The translations under genes were made by a program, and so were the position numbers. A stretch of 64,000 nt of DNA from a virus (taxonomy: Duplodnaviria; Heunggongvirae; Uroviricota; Caudoviricetes): the IMG/VR virus record IMGVR_UViG_3300035659_000002. One strand, 5' to 3'. A model generated the notes under the pieces. It had not been told where the DNA came from, ran no database searches, and saw only the letters and a list, made by a program, of their open reading frames with translations. Positions 7,788-16,811 of this stretch are shown here, one piece after another (position 1 is the stretch's first letter; each line of letters starts with the position of its first letter).

Positions 7788-9622
7788 TTAAAATCATCTT
7801 CTTTATACGTGAACGTTTTTTTATGCTTGTAGATATCAATAATTTCATCCTGGGTTTTATCGTGGTCCTTGACCCTGATATGAAGGATTAATTGGACTTT
7901 TTTGCCTTCGTTCTCCTTCATGATGCGAGCTTGTATTATCTCCGGTAAAATCTCTTTTTCCTCGATACTAAAGCTCGTCCTTGCATCGAACCTTGGATTG
8001 CGCCATTTCACGCTGATCACGTTAAACGAACCGTCATCCATTTCTTGAATGATATCCCATTCCGAGGGTTTGCCATTATGAATTACTCCTCCATCGGCCT
8101 TGTAGATTCCATCCTTTTTCACATGAGGTTGCGTGCGAAGCCACGCGGCATAAACAACCTCGTATCTTCGGCCCACGGATTGTTGTACCGTGAGATTCAC
8201 GCGGCCATACGCGGCGATCACGTCCGATTGCGATACGGAATAGGTAACAGCCACGTCCTCGGGTTTGTGGTCCAAGCAATCAATGAAATATCGTGCTGCT
8301 GTTGGGTTCTTGATGTCCGTTTTCACGATGTCCAATAGCATTTCCTTGGTAACATCGAATTTGAGCATATACGGGGTGGCAGGTGGTTGAGCGGCCCCCG
8401 ACGTGTTCGATTGATCCGCCGGTGCCGGGGTTACCGGGACAAGAACGGGATTTGGTGTAGATGCATTGGTACTTATATCACCGCTGCCACCACCCTGGAT
8501 AACCCGATATGCTCGTGCAATAACATCATCTTTGTCAATGCTTGATCTGATTCTATCAATTCGCATGGCAATGGAACGCACATAATCCTTGCTGATTTTT
8601 TCGATACCATCTTCATCCATTGCCGAATTGCAAGCATCAATGAGTTCACTGATCATTTCTTTCAATTCTTTTTCGCTTGGTTTGTAGGATGAATATCCTG
8701 ACGATTCTTGTAATTCCTTTTTCTTGGCTCTACTCACGCGTTCATAATATTCCGAGAGGCCAGGAATATCCACCGCTTGAAATTCAGCAACACCAACATA
8801 GCTATTTTTGGTTTGAAGGGAGATAACCGTGATTTTCTGCGCTCGGACATATCCGATGATACGGCAATAATAATGAACTGTTTCGATTGGAATATAGGTC
8901 GGTGATATGAATGCAAAACAAAGCCCAAGCGCACGACTAGGTACTTTAAGGATATTTTCAAGGTTATCAACCGACGTGCGGCTTCCCTTTCCATGTTGAA
9001 CCGGTGACTCGTCCTGGAAAATAACATCTCCCCGTTTGAGGATTTTGGTGGATCGGTTGGTTTGAGAATTGTCATAAGTTACACAAGCATCAAACGGAGG
9101 TTTCTCATCAAATTTCGGTATCTTGCTTATGTCAACATCGGGAAAATTGCTCATGACCTGCTTCATGTCAACGGGAAAATTATTCTCCATGCCATCAATA
9201 TCACAATGCACGAGGAAATTGCGGGCCGTGATAAATGCGTGCGTGGGAATGACGTACCCTCGAACCCATGTTGATTTACCTGATCCTGGGTCGCCAATAA
9301 TCTCGAAATTCCAAAATTCTTGATGATTGTTTGCGACCTTGATTTGATCGAGAATCCGTTTTTGATACTCTTGATGGCTCGCCGGGTCGAAATAGAATTT
9401 ATTGATCGACGTGCGAAAATCAATGTCATCCTGATAATCCTTCCACATGCAATCCCGACTCGATGGATTGATATAAATGATATTAGCATCGTCATCCGGG
9501 TTCTGTGGAAAAAATCGTTTCTCTTCCATGATGTCGGTAATGTCAGCCATTCTACCGCTATGCTGCAATGAATTAGCAATCTGCTTTTCATAGTTTCGAC
9601 GTAAAATGCTTCCAAATGACAT
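7784..9622 (-). CDS. P-loop ATPase (FtsK/HerA/Zot-like) with a C-terminal PD-(D/E)xK-like nuclease domain
   Basis: Walker A IIGDPGSGKST; Walker B VIFQDES; SRALGLCFAFISP (Arg plus strand); C-terminal GRRYE...EWDII...VISVKWR resembles a restriction-endonuclease fold. Confidence 0.75.
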   Translation of the reverse strand: MSFGSILRRNYEKQIANSLQHSGRMADITDIMEEKRFFPQNPDDDANIIYINPSSRDCMWKDYQDDIDFRTSINKFYFDPASHQEYQKRILDQIKVANNHQEFWNFEIIGDPGSGKSTWVRGYVIPTHAFITARNFLVHCDIDGMENNFPVDMKQVMSNFPDVDISKIPKFDEKPPFDACVTYDNSQTNRSTKILKRGDVIFQDESPVQHGKGSRTSVDNLENILKVPSRALGLCFAFISPTYIPIETVHYYCRIIGYVRAQKITVISLQTKNSYVGVAEFQAVDIPGLSEYYERVSRAKKKELQESSGYSSYKPSEKELKEMISELIDACNSAMDEDGIEKISKDYVRSIAMRIDRIRSSIDKDDVIARAYRVIQGGGSGDISTNASTPNPVLVPVTPAPADQSNTSGAAQPPATPYMLKFDVTKEMLLDIVKTDIKNPTAARYFIDCLDHKPEDVAVTYSVSQSDVIAAYGRVNLTVQQSVGRRYEVVYAAWLRTQPHVKKDGIYKADGGVIHNGKPSEWDIIQEMDDGSFNVISVKWRNPRFDARTSFSIEEKEILPEIIQARIMKENEGKKVQLILHIRVKDHDKTQDEIIDIYKHKKTFTYKEDDFK

Positions 9623-9638
9623 TTTTCATTCCTTATTT

Positions 9639-10235
9639 TCATGTTAAATTCGATAGACCAGACGGAGAAAGATTAAGACCTTGTTTCGACATCTTTTGTT
9701 CACGTTTGGTTTGGGCTTGCAAGGATTCTTTTACCTCATCGCTATCCACGATTGGCCGCATACCCAGGTCATAGATCCTTGCTGATTCCGTGGTCATGCG
9801 CTTGATTTGGAACACGATGGCATCGACAATCTCCGTCGTATTTTCGATGTGTTGATTGATGAGAATCGTGTACATGTTCCTGAATGATTGAAGCATGGAA
9901 AACGCGGCCTCGGGATCACGGTCAGCGGGTGGAAGGGATTTTAGTATTTCGATTTGTCCAATTAACCAAATGAGATTATCTCGGACCTTACCATATTGCG
10001 AACGTCTGGCCGCTCGTAGCGCGTTCAAGAACCATACATAATCAACCTCATCGAGGCCTTTATTATATTCGCTGTTTTTCAAGAACTTATCTATGTCCCC
10101 GAGTTTTTCCTCGACCTTGCGGGTCATCTCATCGGCCTTACCTTCTTCATCTTGAAAATAGGCAATTAGTTTTGCATTTTGGCCAAGAATCCGAACGGTT
10201 TGCTCGGCCATATCAGCATTGAGTCCGAATGGCAT
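9639..10235 (-). CDS. All-helical hypothetical protein
   Basis: 198-aa ORF directly upstream of the ATPase; amphipathic helices. Confidence 0.75.
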   Translation of the reverse strand: MPFGLNADMAEQTVRILGQNAKLIAYFQDEEGKADEMTRKVEEKLGDIDKFLKNSEYNKGLDEVDYVWFLNALRAARRSQYGKVRDNLIWLIGQIEILKSLPPADRDPEAAFSMLQSFRNMYTILINQHIENTTEIVDAIVFQIKRMTTESARIYDLGMRPIVDSDEVKESLQAQTKREQKMSKQGLNLSPSGLSNLT

Positions 10236-10333
10236 GTTAGGAGATCACCAAATTTGTTATTGTTTCGAATATTGTCGGTATTGACAAAATTACCATGATT
10301 TATGTTATGATATTCCTTTATTTGATTGATTAT

Positions 10334-10726
10334 TCATCGAGTTTTGTTATTGTGCATCGAAAAATGGCTGATATATTTCAATGCATTCTCCACGAAACTA
10401 GAATCTTCAATAACACTTATCTGCCGATTGCATTTTCTACACAAAATTCCTCTAATTTCTTTGGTAACATGATTATGATCTAATTCTGGTTTGTAAGATA
10501 TCCAATCGAAAAAATTATTACAGATCGCACATCTATTTCCTTGTTTGAGCAGAAGATCATTAAAATCTTTCAAGGTTATTCCATAGGCGTGCATTAAATT
10601 CTTGTTTCTAACACATTTCTTGCATATATGAGAAGTTCTTTGAAATTCTTCAATGGATTTAATTTCACCACATTTTGTACATTTCCCAAGTCCTTTTTCT
10701 TTCATTTCACGATAAAACTTAATCAT
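10334..10726 (-). CDS. Recombination endonuclease VII family (His-Me finger) nuclease
   Basis: YGIT...QGNRCAIC...LDHNHVTKEIRGILCRKCN is the Endonuclease_7 signature, with an N-terminal CTKC...CKKC Zn finger. Confidence 0.9.
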   Translation of the reverse strand: MIKFYREMKEKGLGKCTKCGEIKSIEEFQRTSHICKKCVRNKNLMHAYGITLKDFNDLLLKQGNRCAICNNFFDWISYKPELDHNHVTKEIRGILCRKCNRQISVIEDSSFVENALKYISHFSMHNNKTR

Positions 10727-10739
10727 TTTATTATCACGA

Positions 10740-12569
10740 TTAAATTATTAATTGTGTAATATTTTCGATTAAATTGCTGTAGCTAGGGGTTGGTGATATC
10801 ATGGACATGATCCACGGATACATCAGGAAACCGATGAAAATTCCAATCGTGATAGCTGCGACAAAAATCACGGCAATGATCACGTGAGTAAATACATTCA
10901 GGGGGTGAGGAGTAACCGTTAATTTCCTGGTGATAACATCCGGTGTCGTATCAGCCCATTTCTTCGCCCACATTTGTTTAAGTTCTTTATTTTTCTTTTG
11001 AACACGCTGCTTTTCAACCTCGAGCAATTTTTTCGTGTCCTCGGTCATCATGCGCTCATCTTCAACGAGCTGGATCATGGTTGCCATTTTGATATCGAAA
11101 ACTTCTTTATCTGCCCAATCGACCGTTACCGGAGCTTGATGATTAACCGTCCAATCACACGCCCGTATTTCAATAATGCACATGTCAGCAGTTACCATTC
11201 CACGATATCGCACGATCATGTCAGTTACCTGGCTACAATCAACACGATGACCATTAAAATCCTCAATTTCTCCGGGGGAGAAAGTACAGCAATCATTCAA
11301 GGACACCGGGGTTAAAAGTAACGTTGTCTTGACCGGGACAAAATTATTGGTTTCATCTATCTCCTCAATTTCCTGGACCTGTTCCTCGATTTCACGAGAT
11401 TTATAAAAATCGAGTTCCGGCATTGATGATGGAATTTCAAAGGGAGAATCCCATTGCACGATATAAGCGTGCTTGTCAGGAAACATCGCCTTGACTTTTT
11501 GCACTTTCACGTTGATAAATTTAATATATTCTTGTTTATCAATCTCCAGGCTAAAATGTTTTTCTTGTGCAATAAGATCCTCGACCATGTATCGCACGAT
11601 ATTTTTGAAATTAATATTATTGTTACTAATCATGTCTTGAAATACTTTCATAAACTTTTCGGTGAAACTCGTGGCCGGTTTGATGAATTTATCATTATAT
11701 CGTGCATTCAGGTTCTCCAGGTCTGCGTTGAGTAGATCCAGGAACGTGTTGATGTTCATGGCTTTCAAAAAATTGATCTGGTCAAGATTCAAATATCCCA
11801 GACACTTGCTCATGTACACTTTTACTTGAATTAAATCTCGATGCCGGTTGAGCTTGGTAAAATATTTTGATTTAAGAATGTCCAGCTCCGCCGTTGTTTT
11901 ATCCATGAACTCTTTTTCATTATTGATGCCTCCTATATCCTTGAGAAACTTTATTTCATCTTTATCAAAGAAATTAGCCAGGTCAGCACGATGCAAAATT
12001 TCGATAGGGAATGATTCAAAGTTCACGTCCTCTTTTTTCAGATCCTCGACTTCAAATGAAACCTTTTTATAGGTTTTCTTCTTATCCTTATCATCTTTGG
12101 GATTCTTGGGATTCAAATCTTCGGCAACACGTTTCCCACTGAATTTTTGGGTGACTTCAACCTTTATCTCTTCAAACACTTTCAATAGACCCGCTGAACG
12201 CAATGCATCCTCGATATCTATGCTTGAATTTTTCACCTCGAATGGCTTGCCAACAATTCCCATTCCAAGATGCATTTTATGGAATCGTGAGCTATAAACG
12301 AGCTTCACATTCACGCGGGGATACCGATTGGCGAGCTTCCAGGTTTGAAAATAACTGCCAAACCAGACCAAACACACGACGGCAAAATAAAGCCCAAAAC
12401 ATGCATAATAAGCGGTCTCGTAGTCACGCGCACGGGCAACTAGCACCGGATCTGGTGGAGTACCCGTTCGCAACCACGTTGTATAATTCGAGAATGGCCC
12501 CATTGAAAATGCAAATGCGTATAGACCTATGAAAAACATCCAAAATAATATATCGCCACGTTTTGCCAT
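10740..12569 (-). CDS. 609-aa membrane protein (2 N-terminal TMs, large soluble domain, C-terminal TM)
   Basis: Hydrophobic segments near aa 6-26, 53-72 and 570-590; two similar internal helical repeats. Confidence 0.8.
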   Translation of the reverse strand: MAKRGDILFWMFFIGLYAFAFSMGPFSNYTTWLRTGTPPDPVLVARARDYETAYYACFGLYFAVVCLVWFGSYFQTWKLANRYPRVNVKLVYSSRFHKMHLGMGIVGKPFEVKNSSIDIEDALRSAGLLKVFEEIKVEVTQKFSGKRVAEDLNPKNPKDDKDKKKTYKKVSFEVEDLKKEDVNFESFPIEILHRADLANFFDKDEIKFLKDIGGINNEKEFMDKTTAELDILKSKYFTKLNRHRDLIQVKVYMSKCLGYLNLDQINFLKAMNINTFLDLLNADLENLNARYNDKFIKPATSFTEKFMKVFQDMISNNNINFKNIVRYMVEDLIAQEKHFSLEIDKQEYIKFINVKVQKVKAMFPDKHAYIVQWDSPFEIPSSMPELDFYKSREIEEQVQEIEEIDETNNFVPVKTTLLLTPVSLNDCCTFSPGEIEDFNGHRVDCSQVTDMIVRYRGMVTADMCIIEIRACDWTVNHQAPVTVDWADKEVFDIKMATMIQLVEDERMMTEDTKKLLEVEKQRVQKKNKELKQMWAKKWADTTPDVITRKLTVTPHPLNVFTHVIIAVIFVAAITIGIFIGFLMYPWIMSMISPTPSYSNLIENITQLII

Positions 12570-12650
12570 GGATAAATTACATTATAAAAACATAGTTAAA
12601 CTTGTTGTATAGGCAATGATTTCCCATACAACAAAAAAAAATATCAAATT

Positions 12651-12688
12651 ATCAAGGATTGGTGTTCTTATCAAGGATTGGTGTTCTT
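12651..12688. repeat. Perfect 19-nt tandem duplication (ATCAAGGATTGGTGTTCTT x2)
   Basis: Read directly; it spans the stop codon of the endonuclease gene 12671-13453. Confidence 0.9.
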
Positions 12689-13453
12689 TTTTATCAATCG
12701 TTTGTATTCATTCTTGATGAAATTTTGCATCTCGGAAGGTTTTATCCAATATGGGACAACAATCAAGGTTACACCGTGTTCAATGCATCGTGTAGCCTTG
12801 ATTTCATCCCTAATTTGTTGATCTTTAAAAGATGAATTGAAATGTCCTGGTTCATAATGTTGCGGGCCATTATACTCGAATGCCAATTGTAATTCCTTGC
12901 AAAATCCATCAAGATGTAATTGATGACCCTTCTTGAGACATAACCAGTTCGGACGTGCAGATTGCTTGAATTTGGTATTGAAGATCGATTCAAAAATTTG
13001 ATGACATATTCGTTCATGTTTGTTAATCTTGCATTTTGGACATCCACTTCCTTTCTGAACATCATTAGGTACTTTCCACCAATCATAACCACATGTTTTG
13101 CATTTATAATGTGCTTTTGCATGTGCAGATATGGCATTAATTTCTAGATATTCCAAACCCACTTTATCAGCATCAGATTGTAAAGATTGTAAATTTTTTA
13201 AAGGATTAAGAACATACCGATGACACTTTGCACATCCTTGACCTTTTTGAACATTATTAGGTCTTTTCCATAATATATCATTACAATTTTTACATCTATA
13301 TCGCGTCTTGACAGATGTAAGAATAGGTATTGTTTCCAAATATTCCAATCCAGCTTTCACGGCATCAGATTGTAAATCTTTCAATTCTAGTTTATATTTC
13401 CTTCGATCCTTTCGTTTTTTATCATTGATAATTGATTTTCGTAAAATCATCAA
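12671..13453 (-). CDS. Zinc-ribbon repeat protein with a C-terminal PD-(D/E)xK/Vsr-like endonuclease domain (2 repeats)
   Basis: Repeats GLEYLE...YxCxxC..WW.....VQxGxGCxKC; nuclease motif LHLDGFCKELQLAFEYNGPQHY. Confidence 0.85.
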   Translation of the reverse strand: MMILRKSIINDKKRKDRRKYKLELKDLQSDAVKAGLEYLETIPILTSVKTRYRCKNCNDILWKRPNNVQKGQGCAKCHRYVLNPLKNLQSLQSDADKVGLEYLEINAISAHAKAHYKCKTCGYDWWKVPNDVQKGSGCPKCKINKHERICHQIFESIFNTKFKQSARPNWLCLKKGHQLHLDGFCKELQLAFEYNGPQHYEPGHFNSSFKDQQIRDEIKATRCIEHGVTLIVVPYWIKPSEMQNFIKNEYKRLIKKNTNP

Positions 13454-13465
13454 TTGATACCACGT

Positions 13466-13945
13466 TTATGTTTTAATAATAAACCTGGCCACGGCGGTCG
13501 AGATAAGCCATGTTGAGAACCACATGAATATAAAAATGCCCACTTTGGTTAGATAAATCGAAAGGATATACGTGTCAGGATTATATGATATCATGGGAAT
13601 ATCTCTACCATAAATAAAAACCGTGAGGATAGCAACAAAACTTAACGTGTAAATCAAGCTGCAGAATGTAATATAGATCAGCTTCGTTCCAATTTCTTTT
13701 TTGAATTTACCGCCGCGTAATGGCTCGAATTTAATCAATGAATAACCAAACATGACAAATGCAAATGAAACAAGCCAAATAATGAAAAATAGCTGCACTT
13801 TGTCCCTGATACTTTCATTGAGAATAAATATTAATAATGATTGAGCAAATGGTATCAAGATAACACGTATGAAAAACATCCAAGCTTCTTTAGGAGTTAA
13901 TTTAGGCCATCCGACCCATTTTTTCGATGTTTTAGCAATTGCCAT
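13466..13945 (-). CDS. Multi-pass membrane protein (about 4 TM)
   Basis: Mostly hydrophobic 159-aa ORF. Confidence 0.8.
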   Translation of the reverse strand: MAIAKTSKKWVGWPKLTPKEAWMFFIRVILIPFAQSLLIFILNESIRDKVQLFFIIWLVSFAFVMFGYSLIKFEPLRGGKFKKEIGTKLIYITFCSLIYTLSFVAILTVFIYGRDIPMISYNPDTYILSIYLTKVGIFIFMWFSTWLISTAVARFIIKT

Positions 13946-13950
13946 GGTTT

Positions 13951-14526
13951 TCAGCTCATTTCAAATTCTTCTTGTAATGATGTAATTTTTGGAAGTCGTG
14001 AATATGAACGTGATCGTGCATTGATTTTTTTATCAGTAAATGCTCCGCTTATCCCTAAATAGATTAATGCCTGCACGTAAATCAAGACAAACATTATAAT
14101 ATAATAGATATCAGCAGAATGGAGAATGTACACGATAAATAACATGTTATAATAATTTGGATAGACCAATGCTAATCCCATATTCATTGTGGAGAATTTG
14201 GTAGGATAATCAACGGTCAAAAAAGCCAATGATAGCAATGACACGATAAAAATGGACATGACACCTGCCAGGTATGCTGAAAAAATGCCTTGGGTTTTAT
14301 TCACATCGGAAAGCAAGATCGACAAGATCACGGCCATGATCAATCCAGCCGTGTAGATAAAGACGAGGGCAGATGCTAGCGAATTTATATCAATTGCATT
14401 TTCAATAGCTATTTGAACGTAGTCTGCAAGTATATCTTCTACTAATACCTTAAACAAAAAGAAAATAAAAATCGAAAACATCAATGCTAACCCGGTAAAT
14501 GATACAATCCGACTTCCTATACCCAT
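13951..14526 (-). CDS. Multi-pass membrane protein (about 4-5 TM)
   Basis: Mostly hydrophobic 191-aa ORF with a basic C-terminal tail. Confidence 0.8.
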   Translation of the reverse strand: MGIGSRIVSFTGLALMFSIFIFFLFKVLVEDILADYVQIAIENAIDINSLASALVFIYTAGLIMAVILSILLSDVNKTQGIFSAYLAGVMSIFIVSLLSLAFLTVDYPTKFSTMNMGLALVYPNYYNMLFIVYILHSADIYYIIMFVLIYVQALIYLGISGAFTDKKINARSRSYSRLPKITSLQEEFEMS

Positions 14527-15551
14527 AATTTTTCAACCCTGGTAATTTGATTTTGATGAATATCAAATGACTTCCAATCCACGCGTTCGCATTTGATGTC
14601 CTTGCCCGTCAATCGTTTATATTCAGTCATGATGAAATCTTGCATCTCGGATGGCTTGATCCAATACGGAACAATAATCAATATTATGTCGTGTTCAATA
14701 CACCGTTTGGCCTTGATTGCATCCCTGGCTTGTTGATTTTCAAAATCTTTCAATGACCTATTAAAACATTTTGTTACATAATGTTGTGGGCCATTATACT
14801 CGAAACCTAGTTGTAGTTCTCGGCAATATCCATCAAGATGTAACTGCCGTTGTTTTCCAAGATGCAGCCAGTTTGGACGAAAATCTTGTTTAAATCTATC
14901 ATTAAAAATTGCTTCAAAAAATTGATGACATGTTCGTTCATAACGGTTAATCTTACATTTAGGACATCCTTGGCCTTGTTGAACATTGGATGGTGCTTTC
15001 AAACAAGTATGATTGCATTTTTTACATTTATAATGAGCTAGTGAATTTTTAGTCATTGACTTTAATTCCAGATATTCTAGGCCTACCTTTTCAGCTTCTA
15101 TTTGTAGGTCTTTCAATGTTTTTGGAGCTGCATTATGACATTTCGCACAACCTTGACCCCTCTGGATAGTATTAGGTCTTTTCCACCAATCATAACCGCA
15201 TTTTTTACATTTATAATGTGCTTTCATATTGAAACGCAATGGAATTGTTTCCAAATATTCCAATCCTACTTTATCAGCATCTATTTGCATTTCCTCTAAC
15301 GTTTTCGGAGCATTTCCATAACATTTTGCACAACTATGACCTTGTTGTACATTACCAGGTTCTTTCCACCATTTATGTTGACAAGCGTTGCATCGGTAAA
15401 GAGCCTTTGTATGATTAGGCACGGGCTTTGTTCCCAGATATTCTAAACCTATTTTTTCGGCATCTGCCCTCAATTCTTTTATCGTTTTTGGAGTATTCCT
15501 ATGTGTTATTTTTTCCTTATCTTTATTTTTTATGATGATGTTTTTTTGCAA
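14517..15551 (-). CDS. Zinc-ribbon repeat protein with a C-terminal PD-(D/E)xK/Vsr-like endonuclease domain (3 repeats)
   Basis: Three ~61-aa repeats (KTxxxL..DAEKxGLEYL...CxxC...CxKC); LHLDGYCRELQLGFEYNGPQHY; paralog of 12671-13453; TTG start uncertain. Confidence 0.85.
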   Translation of the reverse strand: MQKNIIIKNKDKEKITHRNTPKTIKELRADAEKIGLEYLGTKPVPNHTKALYRCNACQHKWWKEPGNVQQGHSCAKCYGNAPKTLEEMQIDADKVGLEYLETIPLRFNMKAHYKCKKCGYDWWKRPNTIQRGQGCAKCHNAAPKTLKDLQIEAEKVGLEYLELKSMTKNSLAHYKCKKCNHTCLKAPSNVQQGQGCPKCKINRYERTCHQFFEAIFNDRFKQDFRPNWLHLGKQRQLHLDGYCRELQLGFEYNGPQHYVTKCFNRSLKDFENQQARDAIKAKRCIEHDIILIIVPYWIKPSEMQDFIMTEYKRLTGKDIKCERVDWKSFDIHQNQITRVEKLWV

Positions 15552-15565
15552 GAAATCATCAAGTG

Positions 15566-16771
15566 TTAGGACACTAATGGTTTTCGCCTTCTATAAATGT
15601 CGATTAATTTGATGCTCTCGATGATGATAATGATCGTGAATAATATACCAAAAACAACCATTATTAAAAAGATTGGGTCGAAGGATGGCAAATCTAATGA
15701 ATCAGGAACAGCAATCCATCCAGGTAATGTGAATATTGTAACCAGGGCCATTCCAATGACCAACAAAAGCCAAACCCACCATCGCGTGGATTTTTTAATG
15801 GAATCATGAGACAATCCTTCACATTCAGTCGTGCCATGAAATCCGCATGTTGTATTTTGACAATTTATTGATTTATCATGTTTTTTCACTATCACGCTAA
15901 AAATCATGAGAACTATGATTGTAATGCTCGCAATCAATAATTCACCATTTGTTGAAGCCATCCCTGAAGCAATCTGAAAACCTTTCGTGAATCCATTGAT
16001 TGACATGTGAAGTAAAATTGGAATAAATATGTTATTTGATATCAAATAGGTCATCCCAAATGCTAATCCAAGCCCAAATGTGCCGAATAACGATGAAAGG
16101 GTTGCTCCATAGACTCCAAGATGTGCAAGCATAAAAATAACTGATGCAATAAGCACGGCAAGAATACCGGGCAACCAATATTCGCCAATCCCGTTCTTTT
16201 TCTTAAAGCGTTTGCCTCCAACCATGGGAATAATAGAACCGAGCAACCCCGCAATGATATTTTGAATGAGAAATCTATAAAGTATTTCCTCCATTACGGC
16301 ACCGAAAACAAAGAAAAACACGAGTTCTGCACCGGAAACAATACCGAGGACCGGTCGTAGAATAACTCCGAATGTTACCTCCGCGGCGATACAAAGACCA
16401 AATCCAATAATGAATTGCTTGATCATGTTCCCGGCCCCGAAGTCAGCTATATTAACTATTTCGATTTTAGGAACGATGCCCAACGGGATCGGAATATCTT
16501 TCATGAATGGTAAGTATATCATGAACGCAAGGCCATGCCATAGATAATATAAATTGACACCGGCGAACCACAAACTATTTGTATCACCAATATCACCTTT
16601 TCGAGCAATCCATTCAACGAAATGAAATGCAGCGGCAGCAATAATTATTCCAATCGTGTACCAGAGTATCCCTTGCTTTCGTTGCATTTTTGGACCAACA
16701 ATCCAATCAGGTGTTGCTATGTTATTGGATCGCCGTCTATTGGAGGGTCTTTTTTTGGTCATGCTTATCAA
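15566..16771 (-). CDS. CPBP (type II CAAX/Abi) intramembrane metalloprotease
   Basis: EEILYR, FMLAH and HMSIN motifs within a polytopic membrane protein. Confidence 0.9.
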   Translation of the reverse strand: MISMTKKRPSNRRRSNNIATPDWIVGPKMQRKQGILWYTIGIIIAAAAFHFVEWIARKGDIGDTNSLWFAGVNLYYLWHGLAFMIYLPFMKDIPIPLGIVPKIEIVNIADFGAGNMIKQFIIGFGLCIAAEVTFGVILRPVLGIVSGAELVFFFVFGAVMEEILYRFLIQNIIAGLLGSIIPMVGGKRFKKKNGIGEYWLPGILAVLIASVIFMLAHLGVYGATLSSLFGTFGLGLAFGMTYLISNNIFIPILLHMSINGFTKGFQIASGMASTNGELLIASITIIVLMIFSVIVKKHDKSINCQNTTCGFHGTTECEGLSHDSIKKSTRWWVWLLLVIGMALVTIFTLPGWIAVPDSLDLPSFDPIFLIMVVFGILFTIIIIIESIKLIDIYRRRKPLVS

Positions 16772-16811
16772 CGGATTAGATAAGGTAGAAAAGAGATAAA
16801 AAAGGTTTCTG

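Noticed and set aside
7784-9622. Calling the ATPase a terminase large subunit or VirB4
   Set aside because: No RNase H-fold terminase nuclease, portal or capsid nearby, and the domain is too short for VirB4; left as FtsK/HerA/Zot-like.
12651-12688. Possible CRISPR mini-array
   Set aside because: Two directly abutting 19-nt copies with no spacer and no cas genes; kept only as a tandem duplication.
15540-15559. Possible A7 homopolymer frameshift placing an ATG out of frame with the endonuclease gene
   Set aside because: An in-frame TTG start exists and N-terminal similarity to the paralog is too weak to claim phase variation.
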